Shown here: piece after piece, positions 6,360 to 16,820 of the stretch
How the letters are laid out: each line of letters begins with the position of its first letter
Position numbering within the stretch: the stretch's first letter is position 1
NCBI GenBank assembly: GCA_040905425.1
Contig: JBBDRO010000050.1
Span: 1 to 16,820 of the forward strand
DNA from: Gemmatimonadota bacterium
GTDB taxonomy: Bacteria > Gemmatimonadota > Gemmatimonadetes > Longimicrobiales > RSA9
Length of the DNA: 16,820 nt
Direction of reading: 5' to 3'
Notes under the pieces: model-generated
Database searches by the model: none
The model's input: the letters and a program-made list of their open reading frames with translations, nothing else
Told to the model about the DNA's origin: nothing
Position numbers and translations under genes: made by a program

Positions 6360-7250
6360 TTAGCTCTCCGACTCCAGGCGGGCGTGTCGCGCCCGCAGGT
6401 CGATCCAGGTGTCCGTTAGTCCAACCATCAACGCCGTCCCCATTGCCACGGGGTACAGCAGCACGATCAACAGCCCCAGCACGATCCGTCCGATCAGCCC
6501 CGGTCGCGGCGCCACGGTGCCCAGCACCGCCGCGCCCCGGAGCGCGTAGAGCGCCCCCATGAAGAGGGCGCCGTTCCAGCCCACGCGGGCCGCGGCGTCC
6601 CCGAGCGGCGCCACGATCAGCACCAGCGAGGCGATCAGCACCCACACCAGCGCGTCCGGAAAGCCGAACCTCCGAAAGGGCGCGAGCGGGCGCGCCTCAT
6701 CGCGCGCCAGCCGTCCCCACGCCCAGTAGGCCACGCCCAGGGCGCTCACGGAGCCCAGCGCCAGCATGGCCGGGTAGACCTCCGCCTGCATCCGGGCCGC
6801 GCCCACCGCCGCTTCGCTCATGGCCTCCCCGAAGGAGCCCAGGCTCTCCGCGTTCCAGACCGTCACCACGTCCACCGCGGCGCCGCGCACACGGTCCCGC
6901 ACCAGCTCGTCCAGGCGGCTCAACCCGTCCGCCAGCGGCGCCACGAGCAGCGCCACCGACGCGAACGCGCCCGCCACCGCCGCCAGCGCGCGCGGCAGGA
7001 ACCCCACGTGCGGCGCCGCCACCGTGGCGCTCACGAACCACGCCCCCAGGATGAGCACCCAGCCGTGCTCCACCAGCCAGAGCGGGCCGCGGCCGCCGCC
7101 GGCAAAGGCCAGGGCGCCCAGCAGCGCGCCGCCGAGCATCAACATCGGCCGGCGCGGCTGCAGCGCCAGCGCCATGAGGCCGAAGGGCACGAAAATGAGC
7201 GGCGCCGGCGGGATCACGGCCAGGCCGGCCGTAACCAGCGCTAGCAGCAC
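6360..7250 (-). CDS. DUF2232/YybS-like multi-pass membrane protein (true start may lie upstream, up to 7322)
   Basis: Highly hydrophobic. F.FPD.LVW, N...F...LYALRG and GL.DTWIDLR motifs. Occupies the usual position between rpsR and rplI. Confidence 0.85.
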   Translation of the reverse strand: MLLALVTAGLAVIPPAPLIFVPFGLMALALQPRRPMLMLGGALLGALAFAGGGRGPLWLVEHGWVLILGAWFVSATVAAPHVGFLPRALAAVAGAFASVALLVAPLADGLSRLDELVRDRVRGAAVDVVTVWNAESLGSFGEAMSEAAVGAARMQAEVYPAMLALGSVSALGVAYWAWGRLARDEARPLAPFRRFGFPDALVWVLIASLVLIVAPLGDAAARVGWNGALFMGALYALRGAAVLGTVAPRPGLIGRIVLGLLIVLLYPVAMGTALMVGLTDTWIDLRARHARLESES

Positions 7251-7314
7251 CGGGACGCCCCAGTCGCGACGCCGCCGGAGCGGCGCGGCCGGACCCTCCC
7301 CGCCGCTCAGGTCC

Positions 7315-7536
7315 TCAGTCGTGATAACCCTTCGTGTACGGCACCAGGGCCAGGTAGCGCCCCCGCTTGATGGCGGTGGTGGTCTGGCGCTGATGGCGCG
7401 CGCACATGCCCGTCATGCGCCGGGGCAGGATCTTGCCCTGCTCCGTGACCAGACGCAGCAGCGTCTTGTCATCCTTGTAGTTGATCTGCCGGATGCCGTG
7501 CTCGCACAGCGGGCAGTTCTTGCTAGGGCGCGCCAT
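7315..7536 (-). CDS. rpsR: 30S ribosomal protein S18, zinc-binding (C+) form
   Basis: CPLC...INYKD...GKILPRRMTGMCARHQR...AIKRGRYLALVPY. Confidence 0.98.
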   Translation of the reverse strand: MARPSKNCPLCEHGIRQINYKDDKTLLRLVTEQGKILPRRMTGMCARHQRQTTTAIKRGRYLALVPYTKGYHD

Positions 7537-7538
7537 GG

Positions 7539-7913
7539 CTAATCCTCCTCGTCGTCGTCATCGTCATCGTCATCGTCTTCACGGCGCGGATCACGCGTGG
7601 CGATGGACATGGGTGCGGTGGGCTCACCCTCGTGCAGGACGATGAGGTAGCGCAGCAGATCGTCATCGAGCTTCAGGATACGCTCGAACTCCGGCAGGGC
7701 TTCGGTGGCCGTCTTGAACTGCGTCACCACGTAGTAGCCGCTGAGCTGCTTGCGGATGGGGAACGCCAGCTGGCGCCGTCCCCACTGGTCGACGGCCGTG
7801 ACCTCGCCGCCGTCCGTGCCGGTCAGGAGCCCGTGATAGCGCTCCAGTTTCCCGTTGATCTTCTCCTCGTCCAACTCTGAGTCGAAGATGTATACGATCT
7901 CGTAGTCCCTCAA
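7539..7913 (-). CDS. rpsF: 30S ribosomal protein S6 (TTG start, acidic tail)
   Basis: MRDYEIVYIF...WGRRQLAFPIRK...GYYVV...LLRYLIV. GGAGG SD upstream of the TTG. Confidence 0.98.
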   Translation of the reverse strand: MRDYEIVYIFDSELDEEKINGKLERYHGLLTGTDGGEVTAVDQWGRRQLAFPIRKQLSGYYVVTQFKTATEALPEFERILKLDDDLLRYLIVLHEGEPTAPMSIATRDPRREDDDDDDDDDEED

Positions 7914-7965
7914 AATTCCTCCCCCGGACTGTGCGGCCCCACCGATCGTCGGCGGAGCAGGAGAT
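7914..7965 (-). promoter_or_regulatory. S6:S18-binding ribosomal-protein leader RNA (rpsF 5'UTR)
   Basis: RNA reads CUCCU-GCUCCGCCGA-cga-UCGGUGGGGC-CGCACAGUCC-GGGGGAGG. It has a 10 bp inner stem, CCG at the 3' stem base, and a CUCCU anti-SD able to pair with the SD, matching the described S6:S18 leader architecture. Confidence 0.8.
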
Positions 7966-7980
7966 GGTGCAGAGCTTTTT

Positions 7981-8009
7981 ATTATAGCAAGCGACGGCTG
8001 CTTTTGAAA
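7981..8009 (-). promoter_or_regulatory. Strong sigma70 promoter of the rpsF-rpsR-yybS-rplI operon
   Basis: TTTCAA (8009-8004), 17 nt, TATAAT (7986-7981), with extended -10 TGc, just upstream of the leader. Confidence 0.8.
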
Positions 8010-8018
8010 CCCCCCGCG

Positions 8019-8402
8019 CTACGAATCGAGCCTCTTCTCGTCCCGCCACATCGCCGACAGCAGCTGGCGGATGTTGCCAGCCCCGATGGGCTTGGAGATC
8101 CAGGTGTCGAAACCTGCCTGGCGGAGCTGGCTCTCGTCAAAGCGATCCAGGAAGGCCGACACGGCCACCAGCGGGACGTCCGCCATGCCCGGCTCATCTC
8201 GAATCATGCGGGCCAGTTCCAACCCGGGGACATCCGGGAGGCGCAGGCCCATCAGGATGGCGTGCGGGGGCCGCGCCCGCAGCTCGGCCAGTGCCGTTGC
8301 GGAGTCGGATGCCGTTGCCACCTGATATCCGTCATGCTCCAGGAGCGCGCGCATGATCTGCCGCTCGTCCTGTGAGTCGTCGATCACGAGAATCTGCTTC
8401 AT
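8019..8402 (-). CDS. Single-domain CheY/DivK-like receiver protein lacking the phospho-acceptor Asp (Gly52)
   Basis: ILVIDD, LRLPDVPGLELARMIR, PLVAVSA and AGFDTWISKP motifs are present. ILMGL occurs where ILMDL is expected. SD GAAGGT. Confidence 0.9.
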   Translation of the reverse strand: MKQILVIDDSQDERQIMRALLEHDGYQVATASDSATALAELRARPPHAILMGLRLPDVPGLELARMIRDEPGMADVPLVAVSAFLDRFDESQLRQAGFDTWISKPIGAGNIRQLLSAMWRDEKRLDS

Positions 8403-8469
8403 GGCACCTTCGCTTGCGGGTCATGTACACGGAACGGCCACGTGCTGCGCCATAAACCCGGTAAAGTGA

Positions 8470-8486
8470 TGCAAGAATTTTGCCGA
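8470..8486 (-). promoter_or_regulatory. Candidate sigma54 (-24/-12) promoter for the receiver gene
   Basis: TCGGCAAAATTCTTGCA versus consensus YTGGCACGNNNNTTGCW. GG-N10-GC spacing is exact. Lies about 68 nt upstream of the ATG. Confidence 0.6.
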
Positions 8487-8506
8487 TTCGGACCCGTAGC
8501 ATACGC

Positions 8507-9616
8507 TCAGACGTTGAACCGAAAGAGCAGCACGTCGCCGTCGCGCACCACGTAGTCCTTGCCCTCGCTGCGCATCTTCCCCTGCTCGCGCGCGGCCTTC
8601 TCGGAGCCCGCCGCCACGAAGTCCTCCCAGCCCAGCGTCTCGGCGCGGATGAAGCCGCGCTCGAAGTCCGAGTGGATCTCCCCCGCCGCCTGGGGCGCCG
8701 TGGAGCCGCGCCGGATGGTCCAGGCGCGCACCTCCTTGGGGCCGGCCGTGAAGTAGCTGATGAGGTTGAGCAGCCGGTAGCCGGCGCGGATCAGGGCGTG
8801 CAGCCCGGGCTCCGCAATGCCCAGGTCCTCCAGAAACTCTTTGCGATGCTCGGCGTCCAGATCCATGAGTTCCGCCTCGATGCGGGCGCACAGCGGCACC
8901 ACCTCGGCCCGCTCCCCCGACGCCTCGACGGCGGCGCGCAGACGCCGCACCAGCTCCGGCTCGGGACCGCCCAGGTCGGATTCCGAGATGTTGGCCACGT
9001 AGAGCTCCGGCTTGGCGCTGAGCAGGTTGTAGGTGCGCAGCAGGCGCGCCTCCTCCGCATGGCCCGGCTCCACTACGCGGGCGGGCCTGCCCTCCTCGAG
9101 CGCCGCCTTCACGCGGGCCAGCAGGTTGGCCTCCAGCACCGCCTCCTTCTCCCCGGTGCGCGCCACCTTCTCCGCCCGCTCCAGCCGCTTCTCGATGACC
9201 TGCAGGTCCGCCAGGATGAGTTCGTAGTTGATGACCTCGCGGTCGCGGACCGGGTCCACGTCCCCCAACACGTGCGTGACGTCCGGGTCATCGTGGCAGC
9301 GCACCACGTGCACGATGGCGTGCACCTCGCGGATGTTGGTCAGGAACTTGTTGCCCAGCCCCTCCCCCTCCGAGGCGCCCTTCACCAGCCCCGCGATGTC
9401 CACGAAGGTGACCACCGCCGGGACGCGCGCCTTGGGCTGCACGCGCTCCTCCAGCAGGTCCAGGCGCGCGTCGGGGACCTCCACCACGCCTACGTTTGGA
9501 TCCACCGTGCAGAACGGGTAGTTCTCCGCGGCCGCGCCGGCCTCGGTGAGGGCGTTGAAGAGCGTGGACTTCCCCACGTTGGGGAGCCCCACGATACCGA
9601 GCTTCAGATTGGGCAT
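8507..9616 (-). CDS. ychF: Redox-regulated ribosome-binding ATPase YchF (369 aa)
   Basis: Start reassigned to the ATG at 9616. [41 protein letters not shown] and TGS-domain [13 protein letters not shown] motifs; ends FRFNV. Confidence 0.98.
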   Translation of the reverse strand: MPNLKLGIVGLPNVGKSTLFNALTEAGAAAENYPFCTVDPNVGVVEVPDARLDLLEERVQPKARVPAVVTFVDIAGLVKGASEGEGLGNKFLTNIREVHAIVHVVRCHDDPDVTHVLGDVDPVRDREVINYELILADLQVIEKRLERAEKVARTGEKEAVLEANLLARVKAALEEGRPARVVEPGHAEEARLLRTYNLLSAKPELYVANISESDLGGPEPELVRRLRAAVEASGERAEVVPLCARIEAELMDLDAEHRKEFLEDLGIAEPGLHALIRAGYRLLNLISYFTAGPKEVRAWTIRRGSTAPQAAGEIHSDFERGFIRAETLGWEDFVAAGSEKAAREQGKMRSEGKDYVVRDGDVLLFRFNV

Positions 9617-9817
9617 GGCGTCGATCGTCCGCTGTTGAACCGCTTCAAGGCGCGCAGAAGGCCGCCTGCGCATCCGGCGCGGCGGCCTCTGAGATACAGC
9701 CTATTAATTTAGCGGCGCGGCAGGGGTGGGTCCAGCGGCGGGTGGCGGGTGGCGGGCGGCGGCGCGGCCGATTCGGGCCGCGGCGACACGGCGGCCGCCC
9801 CGGCCCGCGGGCGCGCC

Positions 9818-10804
9818 TCACCCCGAGGTGTCGATCTCCGCGGCCCAGTCGCGGTTCTGCTCGTACCAGTCCACCAGCGCGCTCACGCCATCGCGGAAGG
9901 AGTATTCCGGCCGCCATTCGAGCAGCTTCTCCGCCTTCGAGATGTCCGCCCATGTGGCCCGCACGTCCGCCTTGTGCGCCTCGGAATGCACCAGGTTGGC
10001 CTGCTTGCCGGTCAGCTCCTCCACGAGGCGGATGGCGTCCATCAACACCACCGGCTCGTCCGAACCCAGGTTGATCACCTCGTAGCCCAGCGGCCGCAGG
10101 GCGGCCACCGTGCCGCGGGCAATGTCATCCACGTACGTGAAGTCCCGCTCCTGGCCGCCGTCGCCGAAGACGCGCACGGGTCGGCCCTCGCGGATCCACT
10201 GCACGAAGCGGAAGAGGCTCATGTCGGGGCGGCCGGCGGGGCCGTAGACCGTGAAGTAGCGGAGCACCGTGACGTCGATGTCGAACAGGTAGTGGTAGGT
10301 GTAGCAGAGCGCCTCGGCAGCCTTCTTGGAGGCGGCGTACGGCGAGAGCGGGCGGCTCGTGTCCTGGTCTTCGGCGTAAGGCCGCGGATTGTTGGACCCG
10401 TAGAGGCTGGAGGTGGAGGCCAGCACGAACTTCGTGACGCCCCGCTCCCGACAGGCCTCCAGCAGGTTCAGCGTGCCCGTGGTGTTCGTGTCCACGTAGA
10501 CCCATGGATTCTCCACCGACGGCCGCACCCCGGCACGCGCCGCCAGGTTCACGACGCCCGCGAACGGCGTACCCTCCGCCCCGGCGAAGAGCGCCTCCAC
10601 CGTGGGTCGCCGCTCGATGTCCCCCTGGTGAAACGTGAAGCCCCGCACGCCGCGCAGCCGCGCCAGGCGCCACTCCTTCAGCCGCACGTCGTAGGCGTCG
10701 TTCATGTTGTCCACCCCCACCACCTCGTCCCCGCGCGCGAGCAGGATGTGGCAGACCTGGGAGGCAATGAATCCGGCGGCGCCGGTGACGAGATAGCGGG
10801 CCAT
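9818..10804 (-). CDS. NAD-dependent nucleotide-sugar epimerase, UDP-glucuronate 4-epimerase-like extended SDR (328 aa)
   Basis: Start reassigned to the ATG at 10804. TGAAGFIA, NLAARAGVRPS, YAASKK (YxxxK), RYFTVYGPAGRPDM and RDFTYVDDI motifs. Confidence 0.92.
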   Translation of the reverse strand: MARYLVTGAAGFIASQVCHILLARGDEVVGVDNMNDAYDVRLKEWRLARLRGVRGFTFHQGDIERRPTVEALFAGAEGTPFAGVVNLAARAGVRPSVENPWVYVDTNTTGTLNLLEACRERGVTKFVLASTSSLYGSNNPRPYAEDQDTSRPLSPYAASKKAAEALCYTYHYLFDIDVTVLRYFTVYGPAGRPDMSLFRFVQWIREGRPVRVFGDGGQERDFTYVDDIARGTVAALRPLGYEVINLGSDEPVVLMDAIRLVEELTGKQANLVHSEAHKADVRATWADISKAEKLLEWRPEYSFRDGVSALVDWYEQNRDWAAEIDTSG

Positions 10805-10908
10805 GCTGTGCGCTTCGGTAAGGGTCGGCGTGTAGGCTCGGCGTCCGAACGCGGACACCCGAAAGTCCGGGCGGCAATGTAGGCGGGATGGGGGCGGCCG
10901 CAACCGCC

Positions 10909-12102
10909 CTACCGCAACGCCCCCATCACGGCTTCGATCAGCGCCGGGTGGGCGTCGTAGGCCGTGCGCATCTGCGCCAGCTCCAGGCGCTCCCGGTTGG
11001 TGTGGGCGTGGCGTTCCTCACCTGGCGCGAAGCCTATGGTGGGGATGCCGGCCACGCCGCAGGTGTGGCCGCCGTCAGTGGCAAAGGTCCAGGGGCGCGT
11101 CTCGGGGCGGCGGCCGGTGGCCGCCTCCACGGCGCTGGCAGCGGCGCGCACCACGGCGTGGTCGGGCGCGAGCAGGTAGCCGGGGGTGAAGAGGCGCCGC
11201 TCCTCCTGGCGGTCGGTCCAGGTATGCTGACGCTCCGTGGCGCAGCGGACGGTGAGCGCGCAGCCCTCAGGCAGCGACGCGTGCTCGTGCAGATACGACT
11301 CCACCCGCTGCGCGGCGTCCTCGGCGTTCAGCCCCGGCAGCACGCGCCAGTCCAGCACCAGCCGGGCGCGGTCCGGGATGACGTTCCGGCTGGCGGGCAG
11401 CGTGGTGGCTTCGGTGGGCGCCAGCGTGGCGCGGCCGAGCACGGGATCCTCCTCCAGCTCGGCGGCAAAGGCCTCCAGCGCCGGCAGCACCGTGCTGAAA
11501 GCGTAGAGCGGATTGCGGGCCCGGCCGGGCGCACTCGCGTGGCCAGCCACGCCGGTGATCTCCACGATCAGCTCGGCGCGGCCGCGGTGGCCGATGCACA
11601 CGTCCAGGTTGGTGGCCTCCCCCAGGATGACGGCGCCGGGCGCCACCTCGGCGGCCTCGATCAGGTGCTCCATGCCCCAGCCGCCGCGCTCCTCCAGGAC
11701 GGTGTGGGCCACGATGACGCTGCCGGCGGCGGGGTACTCCAGGTAGCGGGCGGCGGCGTAGGTCTGCACCGCCAGGGGGCCCTTGATGTCCATGGCGCCG
11801 CGGCCGTGGAGGAAGCCGTCCGCCACGTCGGCCGCGAAGGGCGGGTACTCCCAGGCGTCCTCCTCACCCACGTCCACCACGTCCAGGTGAGAGGAGAGCA
11901 TGACGGGCGGCGCTTCTCCCCTGCCCCGCGCCACGCCGACGACGTTGCCCACGGCGTCGGAGCGCACGTCCTGGAACCCCAGCACCTTGAGCTCCGCCAG
12001 GACCTGGCGCGCCACCTTCTCCTCGCGGCCCGGCGGCGAGGGAGTCCGGATGAGCGCCCGGGCAAAGCCCAGCATACGGTCGAAGGAGAGGTCGTTGCTC
12101 AT
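10909..12102 (-). CDS. M20/M25/M40 metallohydrolase (ArgE/DapE/YgeY-like, 397 aa)
   Basis: Start reassigned to the ATG at 12102. [27 protein letters not shown] and AHT.RE metal-binding and catalytic motifs. Confidence 0.92.
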   Translation of the reverse strand: MSNDLSFDRMLGFARALIRTPSPPGREEKVARQVLAELKVLGFQDVRSDAVGNVVGVARGRGEAPPVMLSSHLDVVDVGEEDAWEYPPFAADVADGFLHGRGAMDIKGPLAVQTYAAARYLEYPAAGSVIVAHTVLEERGGWGMEHLIEAAEVAPGAVILGEATNLDVCIGHRGRAELIVEITGVAGHASAPGRARNPLYAFSTVLPALEAFAAELEEDPVLGRATLAPTEATTLPASRNVIPDRARLVLDWRVLPGLNAEDAAQRVESYLHEHASLPEGCALTVRCATERQHTWTDRQEERRLFTPGYLLAPDHAVVRAAASAVEAATGRRPETRPWTFATDGGHTCGVAGIPTIGFAPGEERHAHTNRERLELAQMRTAYDAHPALIEAVMGALR

Positions 12103-12109
12103 AGGGCGG

Positions 12110-12118
12110 AAGGTAGCA
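12110..12118 (-). promoter_or_regulatory. Extended -10 element 7 nt upstream of the M20 ATG (possible leaderless transcript)
   Basis: TGc-TACCTT-ccgccct-ATG with no SD-like purine tract. Confidence 0.5.
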
Positions 12119-12272
12119 ACGGGCGGCGCGCGCGGCGAGGCGCACAGGGGGGACGCACGGCGAGGCGCGAAGCGGCGCGCGCAAGGGCAGGCGGCGCGCG
12201 CGGAGGTCTCCGGGGGACGTCGCTTACGACGGCACGGGGCTGCTCCGGCTGCCGGAGGAGGCGCAAGCACGC

Positions 12273-12304
12273 GGGGGCCCGCCGCACACGCGCGACGGGC
12301 CCCC
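12273..12304 (-). terminator. GC-rich stem-loop immediately after the hppA stop
   Basis: GGGGGCCCGUCGC...GCGGCGGGCCCCC (13 bp including one G-U). There is no U tract, so a terminator role is uncertain. Confidence 0.4.
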
Positions 12305-12308
12305 CGGG

Positions 12309-14429
<2,121 letters not shown>

Positions 14430-14513
14430 GACTCCTCCGTCAGCATGTGGCGCCTGTTGGCGCCAGGTTGGCCGGGGCGGCCCGCCCCGGCAGTCTGTGA
14501 CCCACCGCCGCCA

Positions 14514-15074
14514 TCAGCGGTTGTAGCGGGACACGCTGTCATTGCCTTCTTCCACCCATACGCCCACGACCTCGACCACGATGGGGAGCAACTCCACCAC
14601 CCGGCGCTCGTCCTCCGCTTCGAAGGGCGCCAGGACCCATGCCGCCAGATCCTCCCCCTCCGGTGCGCCGCCCACGCCCAGCCGCAGGCGCGGATAGTCC
14701 CGCGTGCGTAGTGCCGCCTCCACGGACTTGAGCCCGTTGTGGCCACCGCTGCTGCCCGAGGGGCGGAAGCGGAGGCGTCCGGGCTCGAGGGCCGCGTCGT
14801 CGACCACCACCAGCAGGTCGGTGGTCACGTCGAAGTCCTCGAGACGGGCCAGCGGCGCCACGGCCACGCCGCTCCGGTTCGTGTAGGTCAGGGGTTTCAC
14901 GAGGAGCACCGGCCACCCCGCCACTTCCCCCCCGCTGCTGAGGATGGGACCCTCCCGCCGGAAGGGCGGGAAGTCCCACGCCTCGTGCAGCTCGTCCACC
15001 GCCCACCAGCCCACGTTGTGGCGGGTGGCCGCGTACTCCGGACCGGGATTGCCCAGTCCGCAGACAACCTTCAC
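14514..15074 (-). CDS. pth: Peptidyl-tRNA hydrolase
   Basis: GLGNPG..YAATRHNVG, KPLTY.N.SG, GGHNGLKS and RLRLGVG motifs. Follows rplY. Confidence 0.97.
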   Translation of the reverse strand: MKVVCGLGNPGPEYAATRHNVGWWAVDELHEAWDFPPFRREGPILSSGGEVAGWPVLLVKPLTYTNRSGVAVAPLARLEDFDVTTDLLVVVDDAALEPGRLRFRPSGSSGGHNGLKSVEAALRTRDYPRLRLGVGGAPEGEDLAAWVLAPFEAEDERRVVELLPIVVEVVGVWVEEGNDSVSRYNR

Positions 15075-15097
15075 CGAGGATCAGGCCGCGCGGGCCC

Positions 15098-15796
15098 CTA
15101 CTCCTCGTCCTCTTCCTTGTCGGGCTTCTTGCCGATGACCTCAGGCTCGGGCGCGCCTTCCTCACCCTCCAGGAGCGCCTCGGCCTCGGCCGCCTCGGCC
15201 GCTTCGGCCTCCTCCTCCTCGAGCGTCTTGAGCACGGTCGGCGGCGTCACGGTGCAGACCGTGCGCGTCGGGTCGATCAGCGCCTCCACGCCCTCCGGGA
15301 GCGGCAGGTCCGACACGTGGATGGAGTCTCCGATGTGCAGTCCGGAGATGTCCACCTCGATATACTCGGGGATGGCGTCCGGCAGGCAGCTTACCTCGAG
15401 GTCGTTGATATTGGCGGAGAGCACGCCGCCCTCCTTCACGCCCGGCGCGTCGCCGATCAGGTGCACCGGAATCTCCACCTCGATCTTCTCACCGGCGTGG
15501 ATCTGGTAGAAGTCCACGTGCAGCACGGTCCCCCGCCAGGGGTGCGCCTGGACCTCGCGCACCAGGGTACGCACCGGCTGCGCCTCCCCCTCGATGTCCA
15601 GCTCGACGATGGTATTCTCCACGTGCACCGTGGCAAAGAGCCGCTCCAGCTCGTGGGCATCGATGGACAGCGAGCGGGTTTCCTCGTTGTGCCCGTATAC
15701 CACGGCGGGAATGCTACCGGTAGCCCGCTGCTTGCGGGCGTCACCCTTGCCCCTGCCGGAGCGGGGCTGGGCCTTGAGGGACGCGTTGGATGCCAT
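15098..15796 (-). CDS. rplY: 50S ribosomal protein L25, long Ctc/TL5 form
   Basis: GKGDARKQR..G.IPAVVYG, LVREVQAHP...LHVDF, GVKEGG and acidic tail. AGGAG SD. Confidence 0.97.
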   Translation of the reverse strand: MASNASLKAQPRSGRGKGDARKQRATGSIPAVVYGHNEETRSLSIDAHELERLFATVHVENTIVELDIEGEAQPVRTLVREVQAHPWRGTVLHVDFYQIHAGEKIEVEIPVHLIGDAPGVKEGGVLSANINDLEVSCLPDAIPEYIEVDISGLHIGDSIHVSDLPLPEGVEALIDPTRTVCTVTPPTVLKTLEEEEAEAAEAAEAEALLEGEEGAPEPEVIGKKPDKEEDEE

Positions 15797-15851
15797 CTCG
15801 AACTATCTCCTTATGGGGCCGCCGCGGCGGCCGGACTCTTACAGCTTCGAT

Positions 15852-16802
15852 TCAGTCGAAAAGCTGGCTGACGGACTCGTTGGAATGCGTGTACTCGATG
15901 GCGCGGGCCAGCAGCTCACCCACCGACAGCACACGCAGCTTGCCGAACGTCCGTTCCTCGGGCACGTGCAACGTATTGGTCACCACCACCTCCACCACCG
16001 GCGACGCCTGCAGGCGCTCCGCCGCGGGCCCGGAGAGCAGCGGGTGCGTGGCCGCCGCGTAGACCTGCGCCGCGCCGCGCTCCGTGAGCGCCTGGATGAC
16101 GCTCGTGAGCGTGCCCGCCGTGTCGATCATGTCATCCACGATGATGCACGGCTTGTCCTTCACCTCACCCACCACGTGCACCACCTCGGCCACGTTGGCC
16201 GTGGGGCGACGCTTGTCGATGATGGCAAAGCTGGCGTCCAGGCGGCGGGCAAAGCCCCGCGCCATCTTGGCCGCGCCCACGTCGGGCGCCACGATCACCG
16301 GGTCCTCCAGCTGCAGCTCCCGGAAGTAACGCACCAGCACCGGGGCCGCGTACAGATGGTCCACCGGCACGTCGAAAAAGCCCTGGATCTGGTGCGTGTG
16401 GAAATCGATCCCCAGCAGCTTGTCCGCCCCGGCCGACTCCATGAGGTTGGCCACCAGCTTCGCGCCGATGGCCACCCGCGGCTGATCCTTGCGGTCCTGC
16501 CGCGCATACCCATAGTACGGCACGATGGCCGTCACCCGGGCCGCCGACGCGCGCTTGGCCGCGTCGATCATGAGCAGCAGCTCCATGATGCTGTCGGCCG
16601 GCGGCGGCGTGGGCTGGATGATGAACACATCCCGGCCGCGCGCGTTCTCGTCCAGGCGCACGAAGATCTCACCGTCGGCGAACCGCTTGACCTCCATGTC
16701 GGCCAGGCGGGTCTGCATTTTCTGAGCGATTTCCTCGGCCAGGGGCCGATTGGAAGTGCCACTCAGCAGGAGCAGCGGTCCTAGCGACGCATTCTCGGGC
16801 AT
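15852..16802 (-). CDS. prs: Ribose-phosphate pyrophosphokinase
   Basis: RFADGEI, PYYGYARQDRK, VAPDVGA and IVDDMIDTAGT motifs. prs-rplY-pth synteny. Confidence 0.98.
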   Translation of the reverse strand: MPENASLGPLLLLSGTSNRPLAEEIAQKMQTRLADMEVKRFADGEIFVRLDENARGRDVFIIQPTPPPADSIMELLLMIDAAKRASAARVTAIVPYYGYARQDRKDQPRVAIGAKLVANLMESAGADKLLGIDFHTHQIQGFFDVPVDHLYAAPVLVRYFRELQLEDPVIVAPDVGAAKMARGFARRLDASFAIIDKRRPTANVAEVVHVVGEVKDKPCIIVDDMIDTAGTLTSVIQALTERGAAQVYAAATHPLLSGPAAERLQASPVVEVVVTNTLHVPEERTFGKLRVLSVGELLARAIEYTHSNESVSQLFD

Positions 16803-16820
16803 GACCTGCCTGGGCGGCTC

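Noticed and set aside
6358..12270. N-terminal extensions given by the ORF track for rplI (6645), ychF (9673), the epimerase (10903) and M20 (12270)
   Set aside because: Family homology begins at downstream ATGs (6357, 9616, 10804, 12102). The extensions overlap other genes or are Arg/Pro/Ala-rich noise.
15817..15832. Perfect 16 bp palindrome GGCCGCCGCGGCGGCC between prs and rplY as an L25 leader or terminator
   Set aside because: All G/C in a high-GC genome with no U tract, and I cannot match it to a known leader. At most a generic stem-loop.

Overview
GC-rich bacterial chromosomal window in which every credible gene lies on the minus strand. Gene style and synteny suggest Gemmatimonadota, but this is an inference and was not checked. 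In transcription order (right to left) the genes are prs, rplY, pth, hppA, an M20 metallohydrolase, an NAD-dependent sugar epimerase, ychF, a single-domain receiver lacking the phospho-Asp, rpsF, rpsR, a DUF2232/YybS-like membrane protein and rplI. A 540 bp structured, repeat-containing gap follows, then rsfS and a 1114 aa zincin + beta-propeller + Omp85-barrel protein. After a further ~600 bp repeat-rich gap comes a lower-GC toxin-antitoxin cluster (RHH-like antitoxin, RelE/ParE toxin, DUF6364 antitoxin) and a gene running off the left edge. Most of the window is a conserved translation-related housekeeping cluster. The most interesting items are the protease-propeller-Omp85 fusion, an Asp-less receiver behind a sigma54-like promoter inserted between ychF and rpsF, an apparently rearranged TA cluster, and two intergenic regions with repeat arrays that share a 14 bp motif. 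I see no CRISPR array, tRNA, rRNA, transposase or integrase. I cannot demonstrate a wholly new system from sequence alone.
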